From contig MFEF01000002.1 in the NCBI GenBank assembly GCA_001777515.1, positions 5,354 through 69,353 on the forward strand: a stretch of 64,000 nt of DNA, in the 5' to 3' direction. Shown piece by piece: positions 1-7,808 of the stretch (position 1 is its first letter; each line of letters opens with the position of its first letter). The notes beneath the pieces were generated by a model. It did no database searches and had not been told where the DNA came from. It saw only the letters and a program-made list of their open reading frames with translations. The stretch is from Candidatus Doudnabacteria bacterium RIFCSPHIGHO2_01_48_18. Its GTDB lineage: Bacteria > Patescibacteriota > Doudnabacteria > UBA920 > 2-01-FULL-46-14. Both the position numbers and the translations under genes were made by a program.

Positions 1-1
1 T

Positions 2-538
2 CGTTATTTGCTGGCGGTCGGGATCCCGCTCGGGGTTGGGGCCACCCTGCTTGCCGGACCCATAATCATGACTTTATTTGGGTCAGGGTACGAGGGGTCA
101 ATCATGCCCTTTCGCGTACTCATCTGGTCCACAGTGATTACTTTGTTTTATGCTGTGCCGAACGTGGTCATGCAGGTTCGCTCGATTCGCAAAGCCATCG
201 TCATTCTGGGAAGCGTTACATTTTTCAACATCGCGGCGAACTGGGCGCTGGTGCCAAGGTATGGGATCATGGCGTCAGCCTGGCTGACAGTGCTATCCTA
301 TATTTTAGTAGGAGTTTTATATATTGCTTATTCGCGGAAATTTTTACGTTTCTCGATTTTCGGGAGCGCGTTCTGGCCAATATTGGCTAGCGTCATCATG
401 GGCGCCGCGCTTTGGATTTTCCGGGAATGGAATTTGTTTATATTGGGGCCTTTGGGTATAGTTATTTATTTTACGATTCTGCGGCTTGCCGGTTTTTTGA
501 ATCGTGAAGATATCAAATCTATTTTGGCAAGATCATGA
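2..538 (+). CDS. C-terminal part of a Wzx/MOP-family polysaccharide flippase-like membrane protein (5' end lies outside the window)
   Basis: The ORF continues to the window edge without a start codon. The protein is highly hydrophobic with multiple predicted TM helices, typical of the last helices of Wzx/MurJ-type (MOP superfamily) transporters. It is followed by glycosyltransferase genes. Confidence 0.55.
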   Translation, partial: RYLLAVGIPLGVGATLLAGPIIMTLFGSGYEGSIMPFRVLIWSTVITLFYAVPNVVMQVRSIRKAIVILGSVTFFNIAANWALVPRYGIMASAWLTVLSYILVGVLYIAYSRKFLRFSIFGSAFWPILASVIMGAALWIFREWNLFILGPLGIVIYFTILRLAGFLNREDIKSILARS

Positions 539-1395
539 GGTTATCGATTCTCATCGTAAATTGGAATACGCGCGATCTGATGATTCATTGTGTCAATTCG
601 ATTCTCAGATACGCGCCGCCGTTTCCGCACGAGGTGATCGTCGTTGACAACAACTCGAGCGATGGCAGCGCTGACACCTTGATTAACCTTTATAATCACA
701 ACAAAAATATTCGGGTCATCGAATCGATACGCAATCTCGGTTTCGCGAAGGGCAACAACCTTGCGTACAAAAATTCTGCCGGAGAATACATTTTTTTGCT
801 CAACCCTGACGCAGAGGTTACCGAAGGCGCGTTAGAGGCGCTAGTAAATTTTATGGATGCGTATCCTGACGTGGGCATAGTCGGGCCAAAGCTTCTCAAT
901 CCTGACGGCAGCCTGCAGCCGTCAGTGCGCAGATTTCCGACGCTGCGTTCTGCCATTGCCGTGTTTTCCGGACTCCACCGTTTTTTGAAGCTTGATAAAT
1001 ACCTCATGAGCAAATTTGATTATACTAAGCAGGGCGAAGTTGACCAGGTCATGGGCGCGGCGCTGCTGACCCGCCGCAAGATCACGGAAACGCTTGGTTT
1101 TTTGGATGAAAAATTTTGGCTGTGGTATGAAGAAGTGGATTTTTGCAAAAGAGTCAAAGATCATGGTCACAAGGTAATGTATTTTCCAGGGGCGGCGGTA
1201 ATTCACCACAAAGGCGCCGGTTTTTCGCAAATGCCAGTATATCTGCGCAAAAAAACTGTGGCCCAGAGTTTGATCTATTATTTCAAAAAGAACGGGCACT
1301 TCTGGGATGTTTGGATCATCAGTATCGCGCTTCCTGCTATTTTGTTTGCCGCCAGGTTTTTTGATTTTTTAGGTTTGAAAATAAAACCCAAATGA
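535..1395 (+). CDS. glycosyltransferase family 2
   Basis: N-terminal motif LSILIVNWNTRDL ... VIVVDNNSSDGS (GT-A fold, DxD-type), typical GT2. Its start overlaps the stop of the upstream gene by 4 nt. Confidence 0.8.
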   Translation: MRLSILIVNWNTRDLMIHCVNSILRYAPPFPHEVIVVDNNSSDGSADTLINLYNHNKNIRVIESIRNLGFAKGNNLAYKNSAGEYIFLLNPDAEVTEGALEALVNFMDAYPDVGIVGPKLLNPDGSLQPSVRRFPTLRSAIAVFSGLHRFLKLDKYLMSKFDYTKQGEVDQVMGAALLTRRKITETLGFLDEKFWLWYEEVDFCKRVKDHGHKVMYFPGAAVIHHKGAGFSQMPVYLRKKTVAQSLIYYFKKNGHFWDVWIISIALPAILFAARFFDFLGLKIKPK

Positions 1396-2879
1396 ATTAT
1401 TTTTCAAAGGCTTTACTACTGATGATCGCGGCAGAGGGGGTGTCTTTGCTAAGTTTTATGTATCCGGTTTTGAGCCTGCCGCTCATCATTCTTGCCGGCG
1501 CTGCAACATTTTTTATCACTTTGAAAAATGCAGAATGGGGGATTTACCTATTGTTCGGCGAGCTTTTTTTTGGCAGCCGCGGCCACCTGCTCGAGTATGA
1601 TATCGGTTTTATGAGTGTATCATTGCGGCTCGTGATATTTGCGGTGGTGTTTTTGGCTTGTCTTTCAAAATTTTCAATTTTCAATTTTCAATTTTCAAAG
1701 AAATCCAAAATTCTTTATACTTTACTCCTGATAGTCATAGGTTTTGGAATCATCAAGGGCTATTTTTCTGGCAATGCGATCGCGAACGTTTTCAATGATG
1801 CCAACGGGTATTTATATCTACTGATCCTTCCGGCCGTGTTTTCGGTCATCAAGACACGCAGGCAGATTGAAAATATTTTGCTGATCCTTGCCGCGGCGAT
1901 TTTGGTTGTGGCAGGCAAAACTCTGCTGATCTTCGTGTGGTTTTCTTTCGGGCTGCCCGGCGTGGCTAATGTGTATCACTGGATCGTTGCCCAGGATTTT
2001 GGCGAGATCACCGGCGACGTTGGCAAAGCTTCGCGCGTTTTCATGCAAAGCCAGTTCTGGAGCCTGATGGGGTTATTTATTTTTTCAATCCCACTCGTCA
2101 CGTCATTGCGAGGAGTGATAGCTCCGAAGCAATCTCCAGAGCAAGAGTTTGCTTCGCTGCCGCTCGCAAAGACAATGAATTGGCTGATTGTAGCTGCTTC
2201 GATCCTTGCCATTATTATGTCTCTGTCGCGCAGTTTTTGGCTTGGTGCGATCGCTGGGGGACTATTCGCCATAATAACTGTCCTGTGGCAGTTTCGAGCC
2301 TTTTTTAGGTCATTTTTGGGCCTAGGATTAAAGCTAGGATTGATCGCGGTCCTCGAGATTGGCCTTTTGTATGGCATTGTCGCTGCGGGTGGAAACGCGA
2401 TTGCCGAATCGGTTTCTTCACGGGGCGGCGACCCGACAAAAGAAGCCGCCAGTGGCGCGCGGCTTTTGCTCCTGCCCGAGCTCCTTGCTGGCATAAAACA
2501 GTCGCCGATCTTCGGAGCTGGCTTTGGCGAGATGGTAACCTACAAAAGCTATTTGCCTGATCGTGTGTCGCGGGCAAATCCTGATGGCGAGATTACCAAT
2601 TTTGCTTTCGAGTGGGGATACCTGGACATCGCCTTAAAAATTGGCGGATTAGGATTAATAATTTATTTGTTGTTTATAGCTCACATATTCGCGATGGGGT
2701 GGAAGGCGATGAATTTCCAATTTCCAATTTCCAATTTCCAAATCTTAGGACTTCTTTCCGCGCTAGCGGCTTTGCTGGTGCTCAACGTGACCACGCCTTA
2801 TCTCAATCATCCGCTCGGTATCGGTTACATTATCCTTAGCGGGATTATTTTCAAAATCTATGGAAACGAGCAACAATAA
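1392..2879 (+). CDS. O-antigen ligase/polymerase-like (Wzy_C family) polytopic membrane protein
   Basis: 495 aa with about 10-12 hydrophobic segments and a large loop in the C-terminal half. It sits inside a GT2 cluster. It contains two 7-bp x4 tandem repeats (1671..1698 and 2713..2740). Confidence 0.55.
   Translation: MNYFSKALLLMIAAEGVSLLSFMYPVLSLPLIILAGAATFFITLKNAEWGIYLLFGELFFGSRGHLLEYDIGFMSVSLRLVIFAVVFLACLSKFSIFNFQFSKKSKILYTLLLIVIGFGIIKGYFSGNAIANVFNDANGYLYLLILPAVFSVIKTRRQIENILLILAAAILVVAGKTLLIFVWFSFGLPGVANVYHWIVAQDFGEITGDVGKASRVFMQSQFWSLMGLFIFSIPLVTSLRGVIAPKQSPEQEFASLPLAKTMNWLIVAASILAIIMSLSRSFWLGAIAGGLFAIITVLWQFRAFFRSFLGLGLKLGLIAVLEIGLLYGIVAAGGNAIAESVSSRGGDPTKEAASGARLLLLPELLAGIKQSPIFGAGFGEMVTYKSYLPDRVSRANPDGEITNFAFEWGYLDIALKIGGLGLIIYLLFIAHIFAMGWKAMNFQFPISNFQILGLLSALAALLVLNVTTPYLNHPLGIGYIILSGIIFKIYGNEQQ
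1671..1698 (+). repeat. perfect tandem heptanucleotide repeat (TTTTCAA)x4 inside CDS 1392..2879
   Basis: Read directly: ttttcaa ttttcaa ttttcaa ttttcaa. It encodes FSIFNFQFS. Confidence 0.9.
2713..2740 (+). repeat. perfect tandem heptanucleotide repeat (ATTTCCA)x4 inside the same CDS
   Basis: Read directly: atttcca atttcca atttcca atttcca. It encodes NFQFPISNFQ. The unit is related to the first repeat (TTYCAAT-like). Confidence 0.9.
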
Positions 2880-3915
2880 CCAAACACAAACTGATCAGCC
2901 GCTGGTTAGCGTCAACATCCTGTCATACAACAGCATGCGCTATATCGAGGGTTGTCTTGATACTGCGCTGGCGCAGACCTACAAAAATCTCGAAATCCTG
3001 GTAATCATCACTGGCTCTGAGGACGGTTCCGCCGAGTTTATCAAGCAAAAGTACGGCCGCCAGAAAAGAGTGAAGATCATCGAGCCAGGGGTGAATCTTT
3101 GGTTTTCTCGCGGCCATAATCTCGGCATAAAGATGTGCCAGGGAAAATATGCTTTGGTGCTCAATCAGGACACGGTCATGGAAAAAGATTTTGTCGTGAA
3201 ATTGGCACGGGTGATGGAGCAGGACCAGAGCCTTGGTTCAGTTTCTGGCAAGCTTCTGCACTACAATTTCTCTTTTAACTCGAAAACCAAGATTCTCGAC
3301 AGCACTGGCATTGAGATTTTTAAAACAAGAAGGGTGATTGACCGCGGGCAATGGGAAAAAGACGATCATCAATATGACGCGGACACGGAAATTTTTGGCG
3401 CTTCCGGCGCTGCCGCGTTTTATCGCCGCAGCGCGCTCGAGGCAGTCAAGCTCCCAAAGCGTAATAGTGAGTTTGAATACTATGATGAAGATTTTATCGC
3501 GTACAAAGAAGATATAGATTTGTCGTGGCGGCTGCAGCTTGCCGGGTACCGCTGCAAATACATTCCTGAGGCGATTTTGTATCACGGACGCACAGTTGGG
3601 CGCAGTTGGCCAAACCAATTGGTCAGGTTTATCGTGAATCGCAAACGCCAGCCGCGTTTGTACCGCAAGATGGCGTTCAAGAACCATTATTTGATGATGA
3701 TAAAATGCGAGCTTAGGACCCATTTCTGGCACCAGTTTGGCTTTATTTTCGTTCGCGAGTCCTTGCTTTTGATTTATACGCTGATCTTTGAGCCGTTTCA
3801 GTTCGCGGTCGTGTCTATGCTTTATCGCGAGCTCCCAGAAGCCTGGCGTAAACGAAAGCTCATCATGGCGAACGTCAAAACCGACCCGCAGCGAATCTGG
3901 AAACTGTTTCATTAG
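2860..3915 (+). CDS. glycosyltransferase family 2
   Basis: LVSVNILSYNSMRYIEGCLDTALAQTYKNLEILV ... a DxD-type GT-A fold signature. 351 aa. Confidence 0.8.
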   Translation: METSNNNQTQTDQPLVSVNILSYNSMRYIEGCLDTALAQTYKNLEILVIITGSEDGSAEFIKQKYGRQKRVKIIEPGVNLWFSRGHNLGIKMCQGKYALVLNQDTVMEKDFVVKLARVMEQDQSLGSVSGKLLHYNFSFNSKTKILDSTGIEIFKTRRVIDRGQWEKDDHQYDADTEIFGASGAAAFYRRSALEAVKLPKRNSEFEYYDEDFIAYKEDIDLSWRLQLAGYRCKYIPEAILYHGRTVGRSWPNQLVRFIVNRKRQPRLYRKMAFKNHYLMMIKCELRTHFWHQFGFIFVRESLLLIYTLIFEPFQFAVVSMLYRELPEAWRKRKLIMANVKTDPQRIWKLFH

Positions 3916-3996
3916 TTTGCGCAAAAACCGCCTGTTCGCTATTCTGATTTGATACTCGAATGCAACTTCGGGTAAATTTGAACTTGGAGGATTTAT

Positions 3997-5148
3997 ATGA
4001 GTGAAGAGAACGTCAGTGCAGGGGTTAATTATGCGCTGATGAAGAATTTCAAGAAAGCCATGGCTGCAATGGGGGAAACAACACTCGAATTCTCGCGGCG
4101 ATGGGATGTTGAGACGGAGCCCGACGGTCTGTATCATTATGTTGGTCCGCAAAAAACCCACCGCTTCAAGTCAGTGATTGAAGGACTGGGCAATAAGGAC
4201 TGGCTTGCAGGGTGGATGGAGGAATACGCGGGCGATGGTAAACCCTACCGCGAAGACATTCCGGTTGACAGCATGATGATGGCAGTGAATGACGGCTTGG
4301 CCAAAGGAGGCCGCCCGTTTGGTTATCAGGATGAAATCACCGCACCGAATAGTGATTTTTTCGGTGATGAAAAGCGCAATGCGCAATTGGTTCGCGGTTA
4401 TTTCAAATGCTGCCGCGACAACGGAATTGCGCTGACCCAGGGCGAAACGGCGCCATACGTATACCTGCTGCATACGACATTGCCGACATTCGATGAGAAT
4501 GGCAAGAAGATTATTACCAGCGCGCCGTTTGACGCTGCTTCGTACAGCGGGGCCGTGCAAGTGGTTATTGCGCCGGCGAGCCGATACGTGAACGGAAGCC
4601 GTCTGCGGCCTGGTCACGTGATTCTCGGCACCTCGTCGTCCGAATGGTGCAGCAATGGCGCAAGCGTTTATATCAAGCGTGTTTCGACTCTGCCGGACAA
4701 GTTCCTAACCAAACTGCCGAACGGAAAGACATTCGGCGAGCAGACTTTGATCCCGACCAAATCCATGGTGCCGCTCGTGGCTGCGCTGCAAGATGCAGAA
4801 GTGGATATCACAGCCATGGGTCCGATCACTGGGGACGGTGTCGCGAAGGCTATCGCCATTACTAAACTCGACGTGTCTCTGCGAATCAGGCAGTGGCCTT
4901 TCGCCATGCCACTCTCTTGCCTGTTCGTCATGGATAAATTCAACATCAGCATGCAAGAGATGCTGCATACATTCAACTGCGGTCTGCAGTATGTTATTTG
5001 TATTCTGCGGTCAGATGTAACCAAAGCGCAGGATGCGGCTGCACGAGTCGGCTTTGATCTTTACGAAATCGGCGTTGTTGAAGAAGGTCAGCGGTGCACA
5101 ATCATGGAACCGTTCGACAATCTCGTTCTTCCTGAACCGGGCGACTGA
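3997..5148 (+). CDS. PurM-like (AIR synthase-related) protein; possibly phosphoribosylformylglycinamidine cyclo-ligase
   Basis: PurM-superfamily motifs in the expected order: IEGLGNK (cf. DGVGTK), MMMAVNDGLAKGGRPFGYQDE (cf. MAVNDL..GA.PL..D), ALTQGETAPY (cf. GGETAE), VILGTSSSEWCSNGASVYIKR (cf. LGLASSG.HSNGYSLVRK). GGAGGA RBS lies 7 nt upstream of the ATG. Confidence 0.55.
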   Translation: MSEENVSAGVNYALMKNFKKAMAAMGETTLEFSRRWDVETEPDGLYHYVGPQKTHRFKSVIEGLGNKDWLAGWMEEYAGDGKPYREDIPVDSMMMAVNDGLAKGGRPFGYQDEITAPNSDFFGDEKRNAQLVRGYFKCCRDNGIALTQGETAPYVYLLHTTLPTFDENGKKIITSAPFDAASYSGAVQVVIAPASRYVNGSRLRPGHVILGTSSSEWCSNGASVYIKRVSTLPDKFLTKLPNGKTFGEQTLIPTKSMVPLVAALQDAEVDITAMGPITGDGVAKAIAITKLDVSLRIRQWPFAMPLSCLFVMDKFNISMQEMLHTFNCGLQYVICILRSDVTKAQDAAARVGFDLYEIGVVEEGQRCTIMEPFDNLVLPEPGD

Positions 5149-5173
5149 TTGCCTGCTTTATTATTCTTTAAGC

Positions 5174-5219
5174 GTCCGAGCAGTGGCATGTTGCTACTCG
5201 CTCGGACACTTTCTTTTTG
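5174..5219 (+). terminator. rho-independent terminator after the PurM-like gene
   Basis: Stem GTCCGAGC (5174-5181) / GCTCGGAC (5200-5207) followed by CTTTCTTTTT. Confidence 0.5.
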
Positions 5220-5237
5220 TGATATAATTCGTTAACC

Positions 5238-6086
5238 ATGGATCTATCCGTTGTTATTGTCAGTTTTAATACCAAGGAAAAACTGCGCGAATGTTTGCGG
5301 TCGGTTTTTGGTTCAGTCACCAAATATAGCTTCGAAGTTTTAGTCGTGGACAATAACTCGCGCGATGGCTCGGCTGGCGCAGTTGCCGCGGAGTTTCCCA
5401 ATATGAAGCTGATCCGCAACTCTGATAATGTCGGCTATTCGAAAGCGAACAACCAGGCTTTGCGTCTTGCTCAAGGTAGATTTTTTTTACTTTTAAACTC
5501 TGACGTCGAGGTCGCGCCGGACAGTTTTGACAAGATGATTTCTTACATGGATAATGAAAAAGCGGTCGGCATCGTCGGATGCCGAGTTATCAAATCTGAC
5601 GGTTCTTTTGATAAAGCCGCGAGGCGAAGCTTTCCTGACTTGGCCAATTCACTGCGCCACTTCCTTGGACTCTCATCTGATTACAACCTTGATTTGCCGG
5701 AAGATAAAATCGCTGAGGTAGATAGCGTGATGGGCGCGTTTCTGATGATCCGCCGCGAGGTCGTGGATAAGATTGGCCTCCTTGACGAAGCTTTTTTTAT
5801 GTACGGCGAGGACCTGGATTGGTGCTTTCGCGCGAAGCAGGCCGGATACAAAGTGGTTTACAATCCAGCCACCACAGTAGTGCACCACAAAGGATCGTCT
5901 TCAAGAAAGCTTCCCAAAAAAGCTTTGTATGAATTCCACCGCGCAATGTTCATTTTTTATGATAAGCATTACGCACCGCTTCACGGCCCGATCGTCAATT
6001 ATTTGGTGAAACTCGGAATCTGGGGCAGGTATCATTTGAAAGTTTTTCAAAATTTATTTCGTAAAGATAAATATGTTAGCAAGTAA
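5238..6086 (+). CDS. glycosyltransferase family 2
   Basis: MDLSVVIVSFNTKEKL ... VLVVDNNSRDGS ... a GT2 signature. Preceded by TGATATAAT (extended -10) only about 9 nt before the ATG (leaderless-like). Confidence 0.8.
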   Translation: MDLSVVIVSFNTKEKLRECLRSVFGSVTKYSFEVLVVDNNSRDGSAGAVAAEFPNMKLIRNSDNVGYSKANNQALRLAQGRFFLLLNSDVEVAPDSFDKMISYMDNEKAVGIVGCRVIKSDGSFDKAARRSFPDLANSLRHFLGLSSDYNLDLPEDKIAEVDSVMGAFLMIRREVVDKIGLLDEAFFMYGEDLDWCFRAKQAGYKVVYNPATTVVHHKGSSSRKLPKKALYEFHRAMFIFYDKHYAPLHGPIVNYLVKLGIWGRYHLKVFQNLFRKDKYVSK

Positions 6087-7323
6087 CGTTCCGGAGACAA
6101 CACAATCGACTAGCGAGCCGCCAAAGGGTTACAAAAAATTTCTCGCTGGTATCGCCCTGGTTTTGGTATTTTTTGCCGGGTGGCAGTTTGGCCAATCTGG
6201 CAGAGACATCAAAATCGGCAATTTCAAGATTTTTGAAAGCAATCGCGAAGACGCGCCAAAAGAGGTGGATTGGAATATTTTGTGGCGAACGATCGAGCTT
6301 ATGGAAGATCGGTACGTCAATGACGGTATTGATCTCGAGAAAGTTTTGCATGGTGCAGTGCAGGGAGCAGTGTCAGCACTCGGAGATCCTTACAGCGTGT
6401 TTTTGCCGCCCAAAGAAGCGCAGGATTTCAAAAATGAGCTATCGGGAAACATTGACGGCATCGGCGCGGAGATCGGCATCAAGCATCAGCGGCTGACAGT
6501 GATCGCGCCTCTTGATGGCTCGCCAGCGCTGCGGGCCGGGCTTCGCGGCGGCGATTATATTTACAAAGTCGATGACCAGGAAACAACCAATCTGACTGTT
6601 GAAGAGGCAGTAGGGAAAATTCGCGGGCCAGCCGGGTCGCAGGTCAAGCTGACAATTTTTCATGTCGGGGACACCAAACCAGTTGACGTGGTGATTACCA
6701 GAGCACGGATAGAGATCAAGAGCGTGGAGACAGAGGTCAGAAACGTGAACGGTAAAAAGATCGGCATCATCAAACTGCGCCGATTTGGCGAGGACACCAC
6801 AGGCGGCGTCCGGAACGCGGTATCGAGCTTTTTGGTTCAGGGCGTGAACGGCGTGATTCTCGATATGCGCAACAACCCTGGCGGATTTTTGGATACAGCG
6901 GTTGATGTGGCTGGGTTTTGGATCAAGGACGGCGAGACCGTACTAATTCAGAAATTTGGCGACGGGTCTGAAGATATTTTCCGTGCGGAAGGTCAAGGAC
7001 GCCTCAACGGCGTGTCGACTGTTGTGTTGATGAATGGCGGCAGCGCGTCTGCGTCCGAGATTGTGGCTGGCGCTCTCAAAGATCATGACCTAGCAAGGCT
7101 CATCGGTGAAAAGAGTTTCGGGAAAGGTTCGGTACAGGAGCTTATTGATCTTGATGGCAAGGCTCAGTTGAAACTGACGATCGCTAAATGGCTGACGCCC
7201 AAAGGACATGATCTAAACAAAGAAGGGCTGGAGCCGGATATCAAGGTTGAGCTTTCTGAAGAGGATTTCCAGAATGACCGCGATCCACAAATGGAACGGG
7301 CTCTTGAAGAACTGACCAGATAA
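6073..7323 (+). CDS. carboxyl-terminal processing protease (peptidase S41, CtpA-like) with PDZ domain
   Basis: N-terminal signal anchor, PDZ-like region, S41 motifs LDMRNNPGGFLDTAVDVAGFW and GGSASASEIVAGALKDH (catalytic Ser). Confidence 0.8.
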   Translation: MLASNVPETTQSTSEPPKGYKKFLAGIALVLVFFAGWQFGQSGRDIKIGNFKIFESNREDAPKEVDWNILWRTIELMEDRYVNDGIDLEKVLHGAVQGAVSALGDPYSVFLPPKEAQDFKNELSGNIDGIGAEIGIKHQRLTVIAPLDGSPALRAGLRGGDYIYKVDDQETTNLTVEEAVGKIRGPAGSQVKLTIFHVGDTKPVDVVITRARIEIKSVETEVRNVNGKKIGIIKLRRFGEDTTGGVRNAVSSFLVQGVNGVILDMRNNPGGFLDTAVDVAGFWIKDGETVLIQKFGDGSEDIFRAEGQGRLNGVSTVVLMNGGSASASEIVAGALKDHDLARLIGEKSFGKGSVQELIDLDGKAQLKLTIAKWLTPKGHDLNKEGLEPDIKVELSEEDFQNDRDPQMERALEELTR

Positions 7324-7350
7324 AGGGATATTATAGAAAAATTTTTCGTG

Positions 7351-7380
7351 GCCGCCTGGATTGATTTCCAGGCGGTTTGT
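7351..7380 (+). terminator. rho-independent terminator after ctpA-like gene
   Basis: CCGCCTGG (7352-7359) / CCAGGCGG (7368-7375) followed by TTTGTG. Confidence 0.5.
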
Positions 7381-7414
7381 GATCATAATGACGCAGATCT
7401 AAAAAGGAGGTAAG

Positions 7415-7762
7415 ATGCAACTCATTCCGACTATCCGTTCCGCACTGTCGCGGTTTGTGTCGATCTTTAGGCCGAAGAGTGCTGCGCCTATCCTAGTACC
7501 GGAGATTCTGGAAAGACCAGAAATGAAAGAGTTTCCGAAGCGTTTGCCTGATGATCCGTTGTACACGCTCGAGATAAGCAATCTCACGCGCATGGATCCT
7601 GAGGGACAGCTGCCGCAGCATCTCTTAAATGATCCGCCAACATGTGAAAGCTGTCTGGATGTCAGAATAGTGCATGTTGTCGGCAATTGTATGGAAGCGC
7701 GAATCAAGCAAAAGGATCAGGACGATTACCATTCAAAAAGGAGTTTAAAGCCACGCCGGTGA
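7415..7762 (+). CDS. hypothetical small protein (115 aa)
   Basis: Strong RBS AAAGGAGG 6 nt upstream of the ATG. It has CxxC...C residues (CESCLD...C). No recognisable family. Confidence 0.4.
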   Translation: MQLIPTIRSALSRFVSIFRPKSAAPILVPEILERPEMKEFPKRLPDDPLYTLEISNLTRMDPEGQLPQHLLNDPPTCESCLDVRIVHVVGNCMEARIKQKDQDDYHSKRSLKPRR

Positions 7763-7808
7763 TTTTACAAGGATGTAAGATTGCCGGCTTTTTGGTATAA
7801 TCAGCAGT

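Noticed and set aside
1976-2494. 172-aa and 90-aa minus ORFs within the O-antigen-ligase-like gene
   Set aside because: Antisense to a hydrophobic membrane-protein CDS. Pro/Arg/Ser-rich junk translation.
1671-2740. Possibility that the 7-bp tandem repeats are a CRISPR or other array
   Set aside because: The units are contiguous (no spacers), only 7 bp long and lie inside a coding sequence. That makes them simple SSRs, not CRISPR repeats.
3238-4161. 307-aa minus-strand ORF
   Set aside because: It is entirely antisense to the well-supported GT2 (2860..3915) and PurM-like genes. It has no RBS and no recognisable motifs, so it is a shadow ORF.
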